From Psammoneis japonica (taxonomy: Eukaryota), in assembly GCA_008632985.1 (NCBI GenBank), contig QPGO01000104.1, positions 62,001 through 126,000 on the forward strand: a DNA stretch of 64,000 nt, given 5' to 3'. Numbering within the stretch: the stretch's first letter is position 1; the number at the start of each line of letters is the position of its first letter. Below, piece after piece: positions 36,949-50,100 of the stretch. The notes beneath the pieces are model-generated. The model ran no database searches and was not told the DNA's origin. It saw only the letters and a list, made by a program, of their open reading frames with translations. Both the position numbers and the translations under genes were made by a program.

Positions 36949-38631
36949 ATGACGCGTTTGTTGCTGAGCCGCCGTGGGAGGGCCATGTACCCTCCTCCTC
37001 CACCTCAACACGACTTGTATTCTCGTCGTGGTGTTGTTCCTACTCAGCACAACAGTCGAAACAGTAATTCTGCCTGGTTTAGTCGTCAGACGTTTGTGGT
37101 GTTGTTTGTTGGAATCATGTTTGGGTATCTGTTGCTCCCCGTAATCATGATGCAGCGTTTAAATCAAGATTACAACATGATTACGTCTACTACTACCAAT
37201 GGTAGTCGTTTTCAACCGACCCTCTCCACGACGCATGTACGAACGAACCTTCCGAAACAAGCTTCTGCAGTAGTGGATCGTACGTTGTTTCCCAATTCAG
37301 AAGCAAAAAACGAAGAGCCTGATGAAGATCAAGAAGTAGAACGAAAGGAAGAGGAAGAACCTTATAGCAGCGAACAGGAGGACAAAGACGAAGCAGAAGC
37401 AGTTTCAGATGAAGATGTAGAAGCAGATTCGAATGAAGAAAAAGCAGGCAATTTCAATGACGAATTGAAACGCATTCAGCGCGATCGCGACGTGTTGGCC
37501 TCCCACTCGATTCCCACCGCCACAACTCCGTACATTATGCATACCGCCGTCTTGCCGGATTCCAAGCGCAAAAAGATTCTAGTGACGGGAGGAGCCGGCT
37601 TGTGGGGAGAATATATCGCGCAGTGCGGGTCAACGACGGTCTATTCCTCGTGATGTCTAGAGTCACCTGTCTCTTCTCTCGAGCTCCATCTCTGATCCAT
37701 TTGGTCGATTTACTCATGCAAGAGGGACACGAAGTGACCGTCTTGGACAATTTCTTTACGGGTCAACGAAAGAATATTGCTCACTGGCTCCATCATCCCA
37801 ACTTTTCCTAGTGGTACACGATGTCACAGAACCATCATGCTCGAGGTGGATGAAATTTATCACTTGGCGTGTCCCGCATCTCCACCGCATTATCAATACA
37901 ATCCCGTCAAAACCATTAAAACGAGCACCATGGGCACCATCAACATGTTGGGTTTGGCCAAACGCGTCCGTGCCAAAATACTACTGAGCAGTACATCGGA
38001 AATTTATGGTGATCCCCAAGTCCATCCTCAACCGGAAAGTTATTGGGGCAATGTCAATACGATTGGTCCTCGTGCGTGTTATGATGAAGGCAAGCGTGTG
38101 GCGGAAACCATGATGTACTCGTACCGCAATCAAAACAAGGTCGATGTGAGGGTGGCTCGTATTTTCAACACGTTTGGTCCACGCATGCATCCCAATGACG
38201 GACGGGTTGTGTCAAACTTTATCATTCAAGCCTTGCAACAAAAAGATTTGACGATCTATGGAGATGGATTGCAGACACGGTCCTTTCAATACGTCAGTGA
38301 CTTGGTGAATGGTTTGCACAAACTCATGAATTCCAATTATGATTTACCCGTCAATTTGGGCAATCCCGACGAGTATACCGTGAAGAAATTTGCATCCTAC
38401 ATCAAGGACTTGACCAAGTCGAAATCCAACATTGTGCACTTGGGCAAGAGCAAGGATGATCCGTCCCAACGCAAACCCGATATTGGTACGGCCAAGCGTG
38501 AAATCGATTGGGAACCTCAAGTGGCGGTGCGCGATGGACTGCAAAAGACGATTCAGTATTTTTCATCCGTCTTGGACGAAGCGGGAGAAATCATTCCAAC
38601 GGGACCGGGAGCGGCCAAGCCTGAAGCGTAA
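36949..38631 (+). CDS. UXS1: UDP-glucuronate decarboxylase (UDP-xylose synthase), membrane-anchored; probable intron ~37607-37695 and frameshifts
   Basis: [69 protein letters not shown]-terminal TM and acidic stem. Confidence 0.93.
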
Positions 38632-38967
38632 GAGAGTAAATAATACACACAATGGAATAGTAGTAGTAGTGAGCATAGGAAACAAGGTATGAAGCACATT
38701 AGTTGTGATTGTGTTGAATGCGAAACGCGAGTAGATGGACGGCATGTCCTACCGTTGTGTTTAGGGAGTAGGTACTTTTATTAGCACATTATATGGTTGT
38801 CGTGTATGGTATAGCATGTTTCTCGTGATGGTTGAGCATTTCCCGTTGCATGACTCGCTTTTTTTTCGTTTGCCTCCCTTTATCTCCTCCTTTATTAAAG
38901 TAAGTATTCAGTGTATTATAGATTATCTAGCAGAGCATCACTTTCAGTTCCATATTCGTTTAGGGGA

Positions 38968-39633
38968 CTATTCCTTCTCGGCAAACCGTTTCTTGTGCTC
39001 ATCTACTTGCTTTTGATCAAGCTCTATCCATACTTCATTTCGTCGAAGAAACGGAATGGTGAACGGCGGGTTGTACTGCCATAGACTGTACTTTTGTAGG
39101 GCTTCCTCTAGTGATAAATCAAGCCCATCCTCCGAGAGCTGCTCCACAAGAGCCGAAACTTTTTCCTTGGCCTTTTTCTCCTTGACCCATCCATCAAATC
39201 GATGAATCACACCCACCGCCGGTGGAAGCTCCTCAATAGTGACGGCTGGATTTGTCGGTTTTGGTATTTTGCTCTTGTCATTATACTCGGCTGGAAGTAT
39301 GAATTGCATCTTATTCTTGCAGAACGGATCATTATTTGTGTTTGTGACAACCGGAGCTGTCATGGCGATGGACTTGCCTCTGTTGTTGGTAACAACGGGC
39401 GCCGTCATGGATATCGAGGTACCGCCATCGTTTTGAGGTGACGATCCCACACCAATGTATCCCGCCAAGCGTCGAAATCCGTCACCCACATTTTCACCCT
39501 CGTACGTGGTTTCAATTGCAAAACGTGTTTGGTATTGTCGAATTTCATACGCCGTCTTGACTGCAGTGCTTCTCGAGAATAACACCTCATAGGCGGGTTC
39601 TGCTACTCCCGTTCTTCCAAACACAATTCCCAT
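38968..39633 (-). CDS. SOUL family heme-binding protein
   Basis: EPAYEV, YEIRQY, GFRRLAGYI, MTAPV (twice), MQFILP, QYNPPFTIPFLRRNEVWI. Confidence 0.93.
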   Translation of the reverse strand: MGIVFGRTGVAEPAYEVLFSRSTAVKTAYEIRQYQTRFAIETTYEGENVGDGFRRLAGYIGVGSSPQNDGGTSISMTAPVVTNNRGKSIAMTAPVVTNTNNDPFCKNKMQFILPAEYNDKSKIPKPTNPAVTIEELPPAVGVIHRFDGWVKEKKAKEKVSALVEQLSEDGLDLSLEEALQKYSLWQYNPPFTIPFLRRNEVWIELDQKQVDEHKKRFAEKE

Positions 39634-39755
39634 ACTTTATTATTGTTTGTCACGGCAATTTTATACGAAACGAGGACACTGCTTGAACGAACTGTAGCAA
39701 AACAACAGCAGCAAACTATTTGTGGTTTGTCGTGTTGCACATATCCCTGCTTATC

Positions 39756-41331
39756 CCCAACCCGTGACTTGAGGGGTCATAAAATGTACCCTCACTTTTC
39801 AGTCACGAATTAAGATGTCAGAACGATTTGATACGAAACTTGCCTAAACATGATAAAACAGAAGCTTTCCTTCTAAAACAGGCCATTATCGCAAAATGTG
39901 GTTGCTAAATGCATTTCGATGCCCTGTAAGCTCGTTAAAGCTAAAGCTTTTTCGTCCAAATTGATCGCCAAAACTGAGCAGGGGACACATTGTGTACCCT
40001 CACGCAACGCATTTTTCGCGATAATTATTGCATTATATATATTATACTATTAATATTGTATATATAGCTGGCCGATCCAAAAACAGCAAAAACGACGTTT
40101 TCCCGCGCTGCGACGCCAAACACCAAACATAATCACAATAAATCGACCATGACAACATCGACAGGCGGCGCTCGATTATGGCGCCCACACGCTTCCTGAC
40201 AATCACATCAGTAAAGAATACATTACTATTCGCTGTAAGAAATGTATCCACGAAAAGAGAGGTGAGAAAAAGTGGAAGAATGGACAAAACCGCGTTCTGC
40301 ACTGTCTGCTCGATTCTCACTACTTGTTTCTCACGCTTGCGTTGTATTTTCGGTTTGTTCTCAACAGATTGACAAGGGCACAACCCATTGTTTCCTGAAA
40401 GTCTCAAAGAATTGACTCTACGAGGTTGCTCTAGTCACCAAGTGTGTAAAGTGAGTACCGGGCTTGGAACTTCGGGCTCACATGTCGCGTTGCCGATGGA
40501 ATCAACAATCCACCCAACTTAGCAGGAGTAGTCCGAATCCCTGGAACGGTGAATAGCATTAAGAGATAGCAGTGGCAGTGGTGATAGGTCTAATTGCTGT
40601 AATTGTGTGACAAGTGGCAGCAGTGGCAGCGGCAGCATACGCAATCGACGGAACTGTTCATTCAGGAATCGGAAGAGTTTTCGGCACACGTTGACAGTGC
40701 CAACAAGACGCTGGAATTGGTTTGGCAACAAAGGGAACATGTATACTTTACTCTCTAGCATGGTCACTCTTGTTGATGCCGAAAGTGGATGTTGCAATAG
40801 ATTTTGAAACACAATGCACAGTGACACACACACAGCTACTTCTACTTGTTACATTTTGCTAAGTGACAAAACATTTGGTGACAATTCAATGTGTGCTGTA
40901 ACTTTACACTTTACAGCGTATTACTACACAATACAATACATTGCTACACAGCATAAACAGTGTTGTGTATGACCATTAACAACTTCACCAACAATGCTTT
41001 ATGTAACATAGCATACCCAATAACTTGCTAGCTAAGGTAATTGTTAGTTTCATGTCATCGTTGTAGTGACGCTCATGATCTGTTGCTGAGAATTCAACTA
41101 CTTCCGGATCAAAAAATTTGCCATGTTGTGATGCAGCATTGTGGCAAGGTTGTAACGTGTTGCGGAGACGTTACAAGGCCAATAGAGGCACTTGTTTGCG
41201 TGCCGCCGATGCTTTCATTACTCACCCTCTGAGGGTACATTTTATGTCCCCGAAGGCGGCGGAATCCGGATTCTGGATTTTTGACAAAAACACCGTCGGG
41301 GACATTTTATGACCCCTTAGCGCGGGTTGGG
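39756..41331. mobile_element. Non-autonomous TIR element (~1.58 kb) with duplicated subterminal inverted motifs
   Basis: Left end cccaacccgtgacttgaggggtcataaaatgtaccctca is the inverse of right end ...ggggacattttatgaccccttagcgcgggttggg. Inner motif copies at 39981 (ggggacacattgtgtaccctca) and 41230 (tgagggtacattttatgtcccc). No intact transposase. TSD not evident. Confidence 0.75.
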
Positions 41332-41919
41332 CCAAAACGAGGGTCACTGCCACCGCGCGTGCAGTGACCCCCCAAAACGAGGGTCACTGCAGCTGCGTTA
41401 AATTCTACGTGTTTGTACCAGGAAAATGTACCTCCAACCTATCCGGCAGGCGTGAGTAATATTTTACTACAAATTGCAAGACAATTGCGCGATTCACGTG
41501 CCCGAAGGTGGAATATCGTTGCCCGAAGCAACATTCTCCCTTCGCGCAGATGTCAATTCTACGTATGATGTGGTATCAAAATTTTCATTTTGGTCGTCTA
41601 AATCGTCCCAGTCATTTCATCAAATGACCTTGTGGTACTCTCCTACGTGATCTACGCAAATCGGAGCTTCGGGCTGGCTGGTACATTTTCTACAGGCTCT
41701 ACGTGCGCGAAGCTCGAATTTCAACAATCACCCTTCGGGCACGTGAATCGCGCAATTGTCTTGCAATTCGTAGTATGTACGAGAAAGAGTTCGTTGGGGC
41801 AGGCGAACAACATCACTCTACGATGCGACTGGTACAAAATCTACGTAAATGCACAGACACGCTCTGGAGCATGTCTGTGCAAATTCGAGCTCGTAAATAA
41901 TAAGCAGGGATATCGCATA

Positions 41920-44900
41920 CAACATCATGACCACGATCGGGCACCGAACGCACAAACGACAAGCGATGGAGTGTGGGCATCTCCAGCAGTTTTGCATGAG
42001 TCACAAGTGGTGAGGTGCAATTCCTCCACAGGAACATTGCCAGAGCAACAAAGGGTGTGTGCCATCTCTTTGTCCAAAGTGGGCTGAAAGAAGTGTTGTC
42101 TCAGGCTGTTTTCCGCATGTGGCTCCAATTTTCTCACATCCTCGCTGTCAAAGCCAGCAAGTCATGAACAACAATCGCGCTTTGCACCTGCTTGAGTGTG
42201 GCAAGATTTTGCAAATGGGCAGCACTGCTGTGGTGGTTGTGCTGTTCCCACCTGTGGTGCACTGAGGAGAAGGTCATGTGTCTCTCAACACCAGAGTGCC
42301 AGCACAACAAGATGCTCCTCATGCAGGAAAAGAAGGGGTGGATGATGCAAACAATGTGGGCTCTCTGTGGTTCAAAGGTTGCGTGAAAATGCATCTTCCA
42401 TGATGAAGCTGCACAGCTTGAGAGGCAACTCAGCAACACCCCACCTGCCAGGCATTTTGAAAATTTGTCATTTGTCATTTCCGCTCAACAGCAGCTTGTG
42501 CAGCAGCAAGAGCTCTTTTTTTTTCTGGGCGATGCACCGCACAACGTGGAGGAAAACAAATGCAGCTTGCCCCCCATGCTTGCATCAACAAAAGCAGTGG
42601 CAGTGCTGAGCCCTGTTTGATGGAAGTCAATTTTGTCCATTTGTCAACAGGGAGATTGTGGCAAGTGTTTGGAGTCTCTCAACAAGGAGGTGGTGTTCAA
42701 GATCTGTGCCAGAGACCACAAGCCAAAGGCTCTTGTTTCCTGAAAAGAGCTGTGGGGGAGGATTCATCAAAACACATCACATTGTCCTGTGCATTGCAAG
42801 CACAAGGCACTCTGCTGCTTGTGAGGGGCTTCTCAATGATGCTTTCAACATGATCATCCACAGTTTCTGTCATTTTGTTCTGGAGAGCATTGGCAAACAC
42901 AAGCAAAACAACCAGGTGAACATTTGAACGACATTTTGTTGTCTCTTTGTTTTGGGTGCAAGGGACTGCAATTTTCAAACAGAAGAGCTTGGTGTCAGTT
43001 CATTGCTCCACAGATTGCACCAGAGCACAGCTGGGCCAAGTCACCCAGCTTGACAGAGCAAGAATCACATGCAGCCACAACTCCAGCAGATGTGTTCCAG
43101 CCCCCCAGGCAGGACCTCACAGTGCTGCTGAGGTGCAACATTTGAGCACAGGGGATTGACTTGGTGCAGAAACTGTGCAGATTTCTGTGCAAACAATTGC
43201 CCAATTTTGGTTGAATTGGGGGAATGAATTGCAAACTCTCAAAACTGCATCTCAACAAAAAATGGCTCCATGCCACACTTCAAAGCTTGCATGATGGCCC
43301 AAAGCATTGCAAGTCTTCATTTTTAGCTGACAACACTGCACTGAAGTTTGAGAAGAGAGGCAGAGGAGAAATCATCGTCACACACAAAAACAGAAGCAAC
43401 CACAGAGCAGCCATGCAGCGCGCCTGCTCTGGCCTCAAAGCTGCCACAATTGACAAGACATTTTGTGCCTCTCATGCCACAAAAGGTGACAAGGTTGCAA
43501 ACAAAATGTTTGATGCATTTCAAGCCAAAAATCAGGACAAGCCATTTAACAAATTGGAACCCAAGGGCACAACACATTTTAGCAAGCACTTGTCAGATGA
43601 GCCCATCATCCATCAGCATGGCAATCCTGACAAGGAGCTGATGGGGGTTGATGCCAAGCAGCAAATTCTTGGCACAGAAGCAAAAAAATGAAGTTTCCCA
43701 AGCACCCTGACTGGGAAGATGAGGGCAAGTGGTGCACAAGCCTCTCCGCAGCAGCGACATGGCAAAGGCTGCTGGCAAAGCCAGCCTGCTAGCATGGAGC
43801 ACATGGACAAAAAAACTTTCCCTCTGGCCCAATGTGTTTTTTCAGAACATGTTTGAGCAAAGAGCAAAGCACCATTCTTGTGTCAGATGGAAGTGCAATG
43901 TTGAGAATTGAAAGTGAGGCATTTGCATGTGACACAGAGATGTTGTTTCTTGCTCTCTGGCTCTGCAGCACAGTTGTCTTTTGTGATGAACAACGGCACT
44001 CTTTAGCAGCATTGCCAGATTTTAATGAGTGCCATGGCTCCTTTTAATGATGCAACCAATGGCTTTGTGATTTGTTCTACAAGAATTTGGAAGCTGCGTG
44101 GTGTGAGTCCAAGACAGTGGATTTGTGTGGACTTCTTTTTCCACCAAACAAAACATCTTGTCTCTTTCATTTGTGCTGTGCTTTTGCAGACAATGTGGAA
44201 AAGGAACTCCACAAACACACATTTCCATGGAGAATCTGGTGTGAAAGCTCAAGGCAAGTTGTTTTCATTGAACAGGACATCTTCAATGCTTTTGCACAAG
44301 TTGAGCAGTGAGATGACATTTTTTCTCAGGAAAATTGCCAGAGCAACACAACCAATGTACACCATCTTTATCCAGAGTGAAATTGTTGTTCATCAAGAAT
44401 CTTTTGTCTGGATGTTGTGGCAGCCTTTCTTAAAAGAAATGTTGTCTCAGGCTCTTCCTGCTCCATGACATTTTGGACACAGCTCCAACTTTCTTGTTGC
44501 TGTCAAAACTGGTGATTCACAAACAACAGGTGCCATGGGCTGCCCTCCACTTGAATGCAGTGAGCTTTTGTAAATGGATTTTGTGGTGCTGCTGCTCCTG
44601 TGGTGCATTGAGGATGAGGTTGACACAACATGTCGATGCAACATGAACTTCCACCACATGCAGTGAAAAGGAAGTGAGTGCCACAAACAGCGTGAATGTC
44701 AAGATTGAAAGGGAATGACAAGGCATCCTTGATGAAGATGCTGGGGTTAAGAAGTGACTTTTAAACACCCCACCTGTGAGGCATTTTGAATTTGTCAATG
44801 ACAGCTTGCTCAATCACAAGAGCCCCTTTTGCTTCTTTTTTTCCCAGATGAAAAACCCAGCAGATGCGGACAAGAAAAAATGCAGCTCATTCCTGCTTGC

Positions 44901-44990
44901 ATCAACAAGAACAATGGAAGCACTGAGCCCTGTCAAACAGCAGTTTGTTTCAGTTGTTGTTCAACAGGATTGTCATGAGGGTGTTTGGAA
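41920..44990. other. TpA-depleted island E containing two diverged copies of a ~1-kb unit (~42000-42953 and ~44300-45350)
   Basis: No TA seen from ~41915 to ~43320. Collinear shared blocks include attgccagagcaaca, tgttgtctcaggct, aacaccccacctg and tgcttgcatcaacaa. Confidence 0.85.
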
Positions 44991-45348
44991 TCTCGAGGAG
45001 GTGTTCAGGATCTGCCGGAGACTACAAGCTCAAGGTTGTTGCCTGAAAGAGGAGCCACGTGGAGGACGCAGCGAAGTGTGCCATCTTACAGCACCAATCA
45101 CGTGCATTACAAGCATTCGAATATTTTTGAAAATCAGGACATGGTGGCGGGTTCAATCGAATTTACTTATTCAGGCGACTTGTGAAGGGCTTCTCAACAT
45201 TCCACATGAACTATTGGGCGTTATTTTACTCTCTACTAGAGAGAGGGCGTTACTTGCAAACACAAGAAGTTCTTGAACAAGGAATCTCGGATGCAGCTCT
45301 CGACAAAACTAGGTAAACATTTGAGTAATATCTCGCTATCTCTTTGTT

Positions 45349-46398
45349 TTAAGCGCTCTGTAGATTTCGTCGAAGCGTGAACCGAGTCAACCGGCTGCCA
45401 TGGCCTTTCCCCCCCCTTGCTCCATTCTTACACAACTCTGGCTTATTGGTCAACATCCAAAATAAAAAGTCGGCATTGTGGCTTGACCGAGCAAATGCAT
45501 GCGACCACAACCCCAACGGAACAAGTCTCGGCGATCGTACAAGGTGTCGTCCTGCCTTGTTCATGCTGTAGTAGCAGTTCATTAAGACTTGTGTGGTATC
45601 ATCATCAGTCCTTCCAGACAATAATGAAAATGACGTCTCTCCGATTTCTTGTACAGACGTAATTAATTTGGGACAATTGTCGACATTTAGCACTTGCAGC
45701 TTTGACAATAGTAATATCGCTTTTGGTATCTCAACAAGACGAGAGCAAGACGATAGCTTCAAAACTTCCAGGTTATCCAGGTCGCCGATTGTACTTGATA
45801 ACGTTCGAATATTGCTGCAACCAGTTAGGTCTATTTCAGATAGCTCCGATAGCTGACCAATCGCATTGGGGAGGCCTGACAAGAGCTCACAAAAGTTCAC
45901 CTTTAGCCGATTCAGACGACGACACGATCCAAACTCCACAGGCAGTTCCTTTAGACTTTCACAGCGACTCAGTGTCAGCTCTCTTAAATTTTGGAGATTG
46001 CCAATCTCAGACGGCAATTCGTTCAATGCCCCACAGCCAACAATGGACAGGCGGCGCAAATTCTCACCAAGAACCTGGAATGTCTCTTGAGGCAGCTCTT
46101 GCAACCGTGGACAGTCCACGAATTGCACCTCTTGCAATTGCTCGAGCTGCACGATTTCAGGAGAACAACTCTGAAAATTGCTGCAATTCGATATACAAAG
46201 CGTTTCCAAATGGCGCAACAAGACAATTTCAGGAGGCAACTCTATCAAACCACGACAGTTCTTTAGAGTGAGTTTTGTGCAGTTTGCCAAGCCAGTTTTG
46301 CGTGTGTGCAACGTCGCATCAACATGACGATGCAATCGAATGGGCTGCAAGCCCATGGCCTGAGCAAGAGCAAGAATAAAGCGTTGAGAGCGATCCAT
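45349..46398 (-). CDS. Leucine-rich repeat protein (LxxLxLxxCxxLxxLP repeats)
   Basis: 349-aa ORF with ~8 LRRs of plant NLR-like type. C-terminal N.AGR.L...PLGLW..AF motif. Confidence 0.85.
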   Translation of the reverse strand: MDRSQRFILALAQAMGLQPIRLHRHVDATLHTRKTGLANCTKLTLKNCRGLIELPPEIVLLRHLETLCISNCSNFQSCSPEIVQLEQLQEVQFVDCPRLQELPQETFQVLGENLRRLSIVGCGALNELPSEIGNLQNLRELTLSRCESLKELPVEFGSCRRLNRLKVNFCELLSGLPNAIGQLSELSEIDLTGCSNIRTLSSTIGDLDNLEVLKLSSCSRLVEIPKAILLLSKLQVLNVDNCPKLITSVQEIGETSFSLLSGRTDDDTTQVLMNCYYSMNKAGRHLVRSPRLVPLGLWSHAFARSSHNADFLFWMLTNKPELCKNGARGGKGHGSRLTRFTLRRNLQSA

Positions 46399-46749
46399 AC
46401 TGCACGGGGCACTTATTTTCCGTTTGTGGTTTGCAGCATTTCGGTCATGATCGATCTCTTATCAGCACAACTGTTGATGGGCTGAATAAACAGCGCAGCA
46501 GCCATCAGCCGCAGCGGGACTGTAATGTGGAGATGGTCGATTTCATTCGTGCGTTCAAGTCGTGTTTAAAATTTGAAAAATTTCGGTTCAATTTCGACGT
46601 TTGCGTAAAAAACATACGAAATTGACCAATCCAAACAATCATCACGTCTCACAGTGATGGAGGTCAGTGAGAGAACGGAGGTCACTGCGCGCATTGTATT
46701 TAGATCTTCCATCTTATTGTCCAAGGCAGTCTTGCACTCCTTAATCTGT

Positions 46750-49700
46750 GCAATGGCCATGTCTGGTTGTGTCCAGTGTGCATTCAAGAGGGCTTCATGG
46801 GTTTGAGCTCTTTGACTTCCCAATGGTTTTGTCCCCTTGAGAGAACAAGACCCGCAGGCTTGCACCACACATGACTGAAAGCAACAACGAACATCTTTGA
46901 CATCCTTTTTTGGGCAACTGCACTGAGCCACAGTGCAAGCTGAGCAGCAAACTCCAGCCCATTTTGTCGGCTCCAGAAAAGGTTTTTGACATGCAGGTTT
47001 TCATTCACAAGTGCCTCACTTGCCAGCTGAGCCAAATGAGTGCCTTTTGGCACCGTTTCCTGACAATCTTCATTTGGCATGGGGGGCAGCATCAACTGAC
47101 ACACCACCAGTGTCCTTCCAATCTTGATTCGCTGTTTTGGAGGATGCATGCAGAGTCTTGCCACTTGAATCTTCATTGAAGTGCTTGCCGGCAGATGGCA
47201 TGGCTGCTTTTAAAGATGTGCCGGCGAGCAATGGCAGCCGCAATGTTTTGTCAACAAGTTTGGTCTTTGTTCTGCAGCTGCACGTCGCCAAGTGGCAAAC
47301 ATTTGAATCTTGTAAAATTTGGAAAGGCCAACATGTGCACATGCATTTTCAAATTCTCTTTAGACTGCGGAATTTTCTGAGGGTTTTGTCAACTCGTCTC
47401 CACTCCGACCTCGTTTTGGAGCAATGGCAAAGAGAGGAGTTCAAGCCACATCACATGGTCAGGAATGGCATGCCCACACATTTTGTTTCTGTTTGTGACA
47501 ATGCAAACCTGCTGAGTCTTTTGGGGAGTTGTTTTCACCGGCATTCCGAAGGTCACCGCATCTCCCATGATTTGGGTTTGGCACTTTCATGCTGTGAGTT
47601 CCTTTGCTCGTCTGTTGTGGGTTGCTCCCCTCGGGCTCACAATCTGCTTTGTAAAAAGATTGTGAAGAGGCATTTCCCCTGGCACACCTGTTGAGCAAAA
47701 GCAACTGGCCTCTTTTTCCAATGCCAGCCCAGCTCACAACTTGATCATTGTGAGTCATGCATCTGCTGGTGAGCTTGACCACAGCAAGACTCACATTTGC
47801 CCAGTGCCTTTTCTGTCCAGGCATTGCACTGGACTTTCAGTGGCTCCAACTGTCTCTTTCCCAGCTGGCAAGTTCTAATGCAGACCACCATGGCCAAAAC
47901 TGGCAATTGTTGAAAAACACTCAGCACACATTCAAGGCAATTTGAGCTTGTCACTCACTGTCAATGTGCAGCAATGGCTTGTTCAATGACAAGAGCCCTT
48001 TTCAGTCTTTTTGTTGCATGAGGAACAAGTGATTGTTGATCTGAAAAGAGCAAGTGCAGCTCTTGTCTGCAGGGTTGTGACAAAGATGCTTGGAGTTTCA
48101 AAAAGACATTTGGAATCTGCTGAATGTCAACAAGCTCAAGAGGCAGTTGTGCCTGAAACAGGATCTGTGCCAAGGACGTGGCAATGCATGCCACCTTGTC
48201 TCATGCTTTGCAAGGTGCTCCACACCATTTGTGAAAATTGGCACATGTGCGGTGGCAGGTGAAATCAATTTGAGGCACTTTGGGCAACCACTTGGTTTTA
48301 CAACAAAAGGCTTCTCGATGTCATCCTCAGAGAGTGCTGACAAAGACAAAAGCAGTTGCTGAACAAGCAAGGGCTCTTGGTCACCACTCAACAAAACCAG
48401 GCAAAACAACTGCACAACACATTGTCATCTCTTTGTTTTGTGAAAGCAGGGGCCTGTGTGGTTTTCAAGTGGGCTGCCTCTTGTGCAGGAGAGTGTGAGC
48501 TGAGTCAACCAGCTGCCACAGTGTTTCTGCCCATTGCTCCACCCCCTTGTGTGACTTTGGTTTGTTGGTCAGCATGAGACCACAAACCCAACAAGAAAAC
48601 AAGTCTTGGCAATCACACAAAGCAGCATTGTCCAGCCTTGTCCATGCTGCAGCAGCAACTCATCAGAGCTTCTTCCAGACAACAGCAAAAATGATGCAGT
48701 CTTTTTGATTGCTTGCACACAGTGGGTGTGATCAACTTGGAGAAGTTGCTGGCACATTTGAGAGCAAGAACGAGGTGGCAGGTTCAAAACTTCCTGGTCA
48801 TTCTCCAGGTTGCTGGTTGTTTGACTTTCTAAAGCTGCAATTTTGTGGAGTGAACAAGTTGCCCCACACATCTCAATGAAAAACTGTCTTTCGCTCAAGT
48901 TCAGCATGTCAAAAAAGCTGGTCCAAGCAAAGAGGCCCTGTTTTCCTTAGTGTTCCAAAGATCTCTTCTGCAATGACAGTGAGAACAAATCATGGCACAG
49001 CAGATGTGGTCCATTTGATTGGCTCTGCCATTTTTGGGATCTAAGATGACAATCTGAAAAATGTTCTTGTGGGTCCATTGAGGAGTGGGAGCAATTTGTG
49101 GCTGCAAATGTTTGAGTGGCAGGGGTTGGGGACAACAGTGCCCCTGGCCCCACAAAACCACCATGAAAACAATCTACAGAACTTTGCAACTCACTTGTCT
49201 TGAAAACCTCAATCATTTGCACAAGTTCACTGGCCCGGTTTTGTGATGCAAAATGCACAATTTCCAGCCCAATCCATTTGTCGCATCATCAGGAAAAATC
49301 TCTCAAATCTGCCTCACTGTGAGAAGAGTCTCCTGAAGAGCTGGCTGGCACCAAACCTGGGTCACCTTGTTGTGCCACCTCATTGTGAGCACTCATGAAC
49401 TCACGGAGTGCAGCCCTCCTGTCACCTTCAACCATGTCGTCAGCACGTGTCAAGCCAATGCCCCGATGGCCTCAAAATCCCTTTGGCACCTGTTGAACTT
49501 CTTTGACATTGGTGTCCCCAGATGAGCAACTCAAGCACTCTGCAAGGGTGCCTTGTTGCTCTGAATGACGAAGTTCCTGAAGGAAACGCCCCCCACACCC
49601 ATGTGAACTCCGCTGTTTCGACAAACATTCTTTGGCCCAACCAGGGTTTCAATGTGCTCTTTGAGAACACTTTCATCTGCTGGGGGCAATTTTCTCAGTG

Positions 49701-50100
49701 TTGCAAGTTCCCCAAATTGACCCAAGTGAGCATCGCTCTTGGCAGCACCAGGAAACAAAATTTGCAGGGCAAACACTCATCGCTGCCTGGGGTTGAGTCA
49801 ATGAACTGTCGCAATGTTGTGTTGTGACCCTGAGATTGATTCTGGACCCAATGTGTCTGCAGGAACAGAAAGAAACAATGAAGATCCTCCCTTGTTGCCA
49901 CTTTTCTTCTCTGTGTCGACAACACAACAAAACAGTGACATTGTTGAGCGACAAGCAAATGGCGGGGACTGCGGAAAGCATGGTCCTCACAAAGACTTGC
50001 TTTCTTCTGCTCAGGGCGTGCCTTCCGTTCTCGGCTACCTTTCTCGGCTTTCTGATCCTCAAGCACCGAATCGACCCCCTTGAAATGCACCTGACGTTCG
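46750..50100. other. TpA-depleted island F
   Basis: About 12 TA in ~3.35 kb by eye. TG/CA excess. Bracketed by a ~50-bp diverged direct repeat. Confidence 0.85.

Noticed and set aside
41100..41232. piggyBac cysteine-rich C-terminal remnant (HLFACRRCFHY) inside the TIR element
   Set aside because: Too short and interrupted by stops to support a transposase call.
46750..50100. Classical fungal RIP or simple CpG methylation decay as the full explanation of the islands
   Set aside because: RIP increases TpA and CpG decay does not consume TpA. TA is also lost where CG is retained (26480-26700, 63050-64000).
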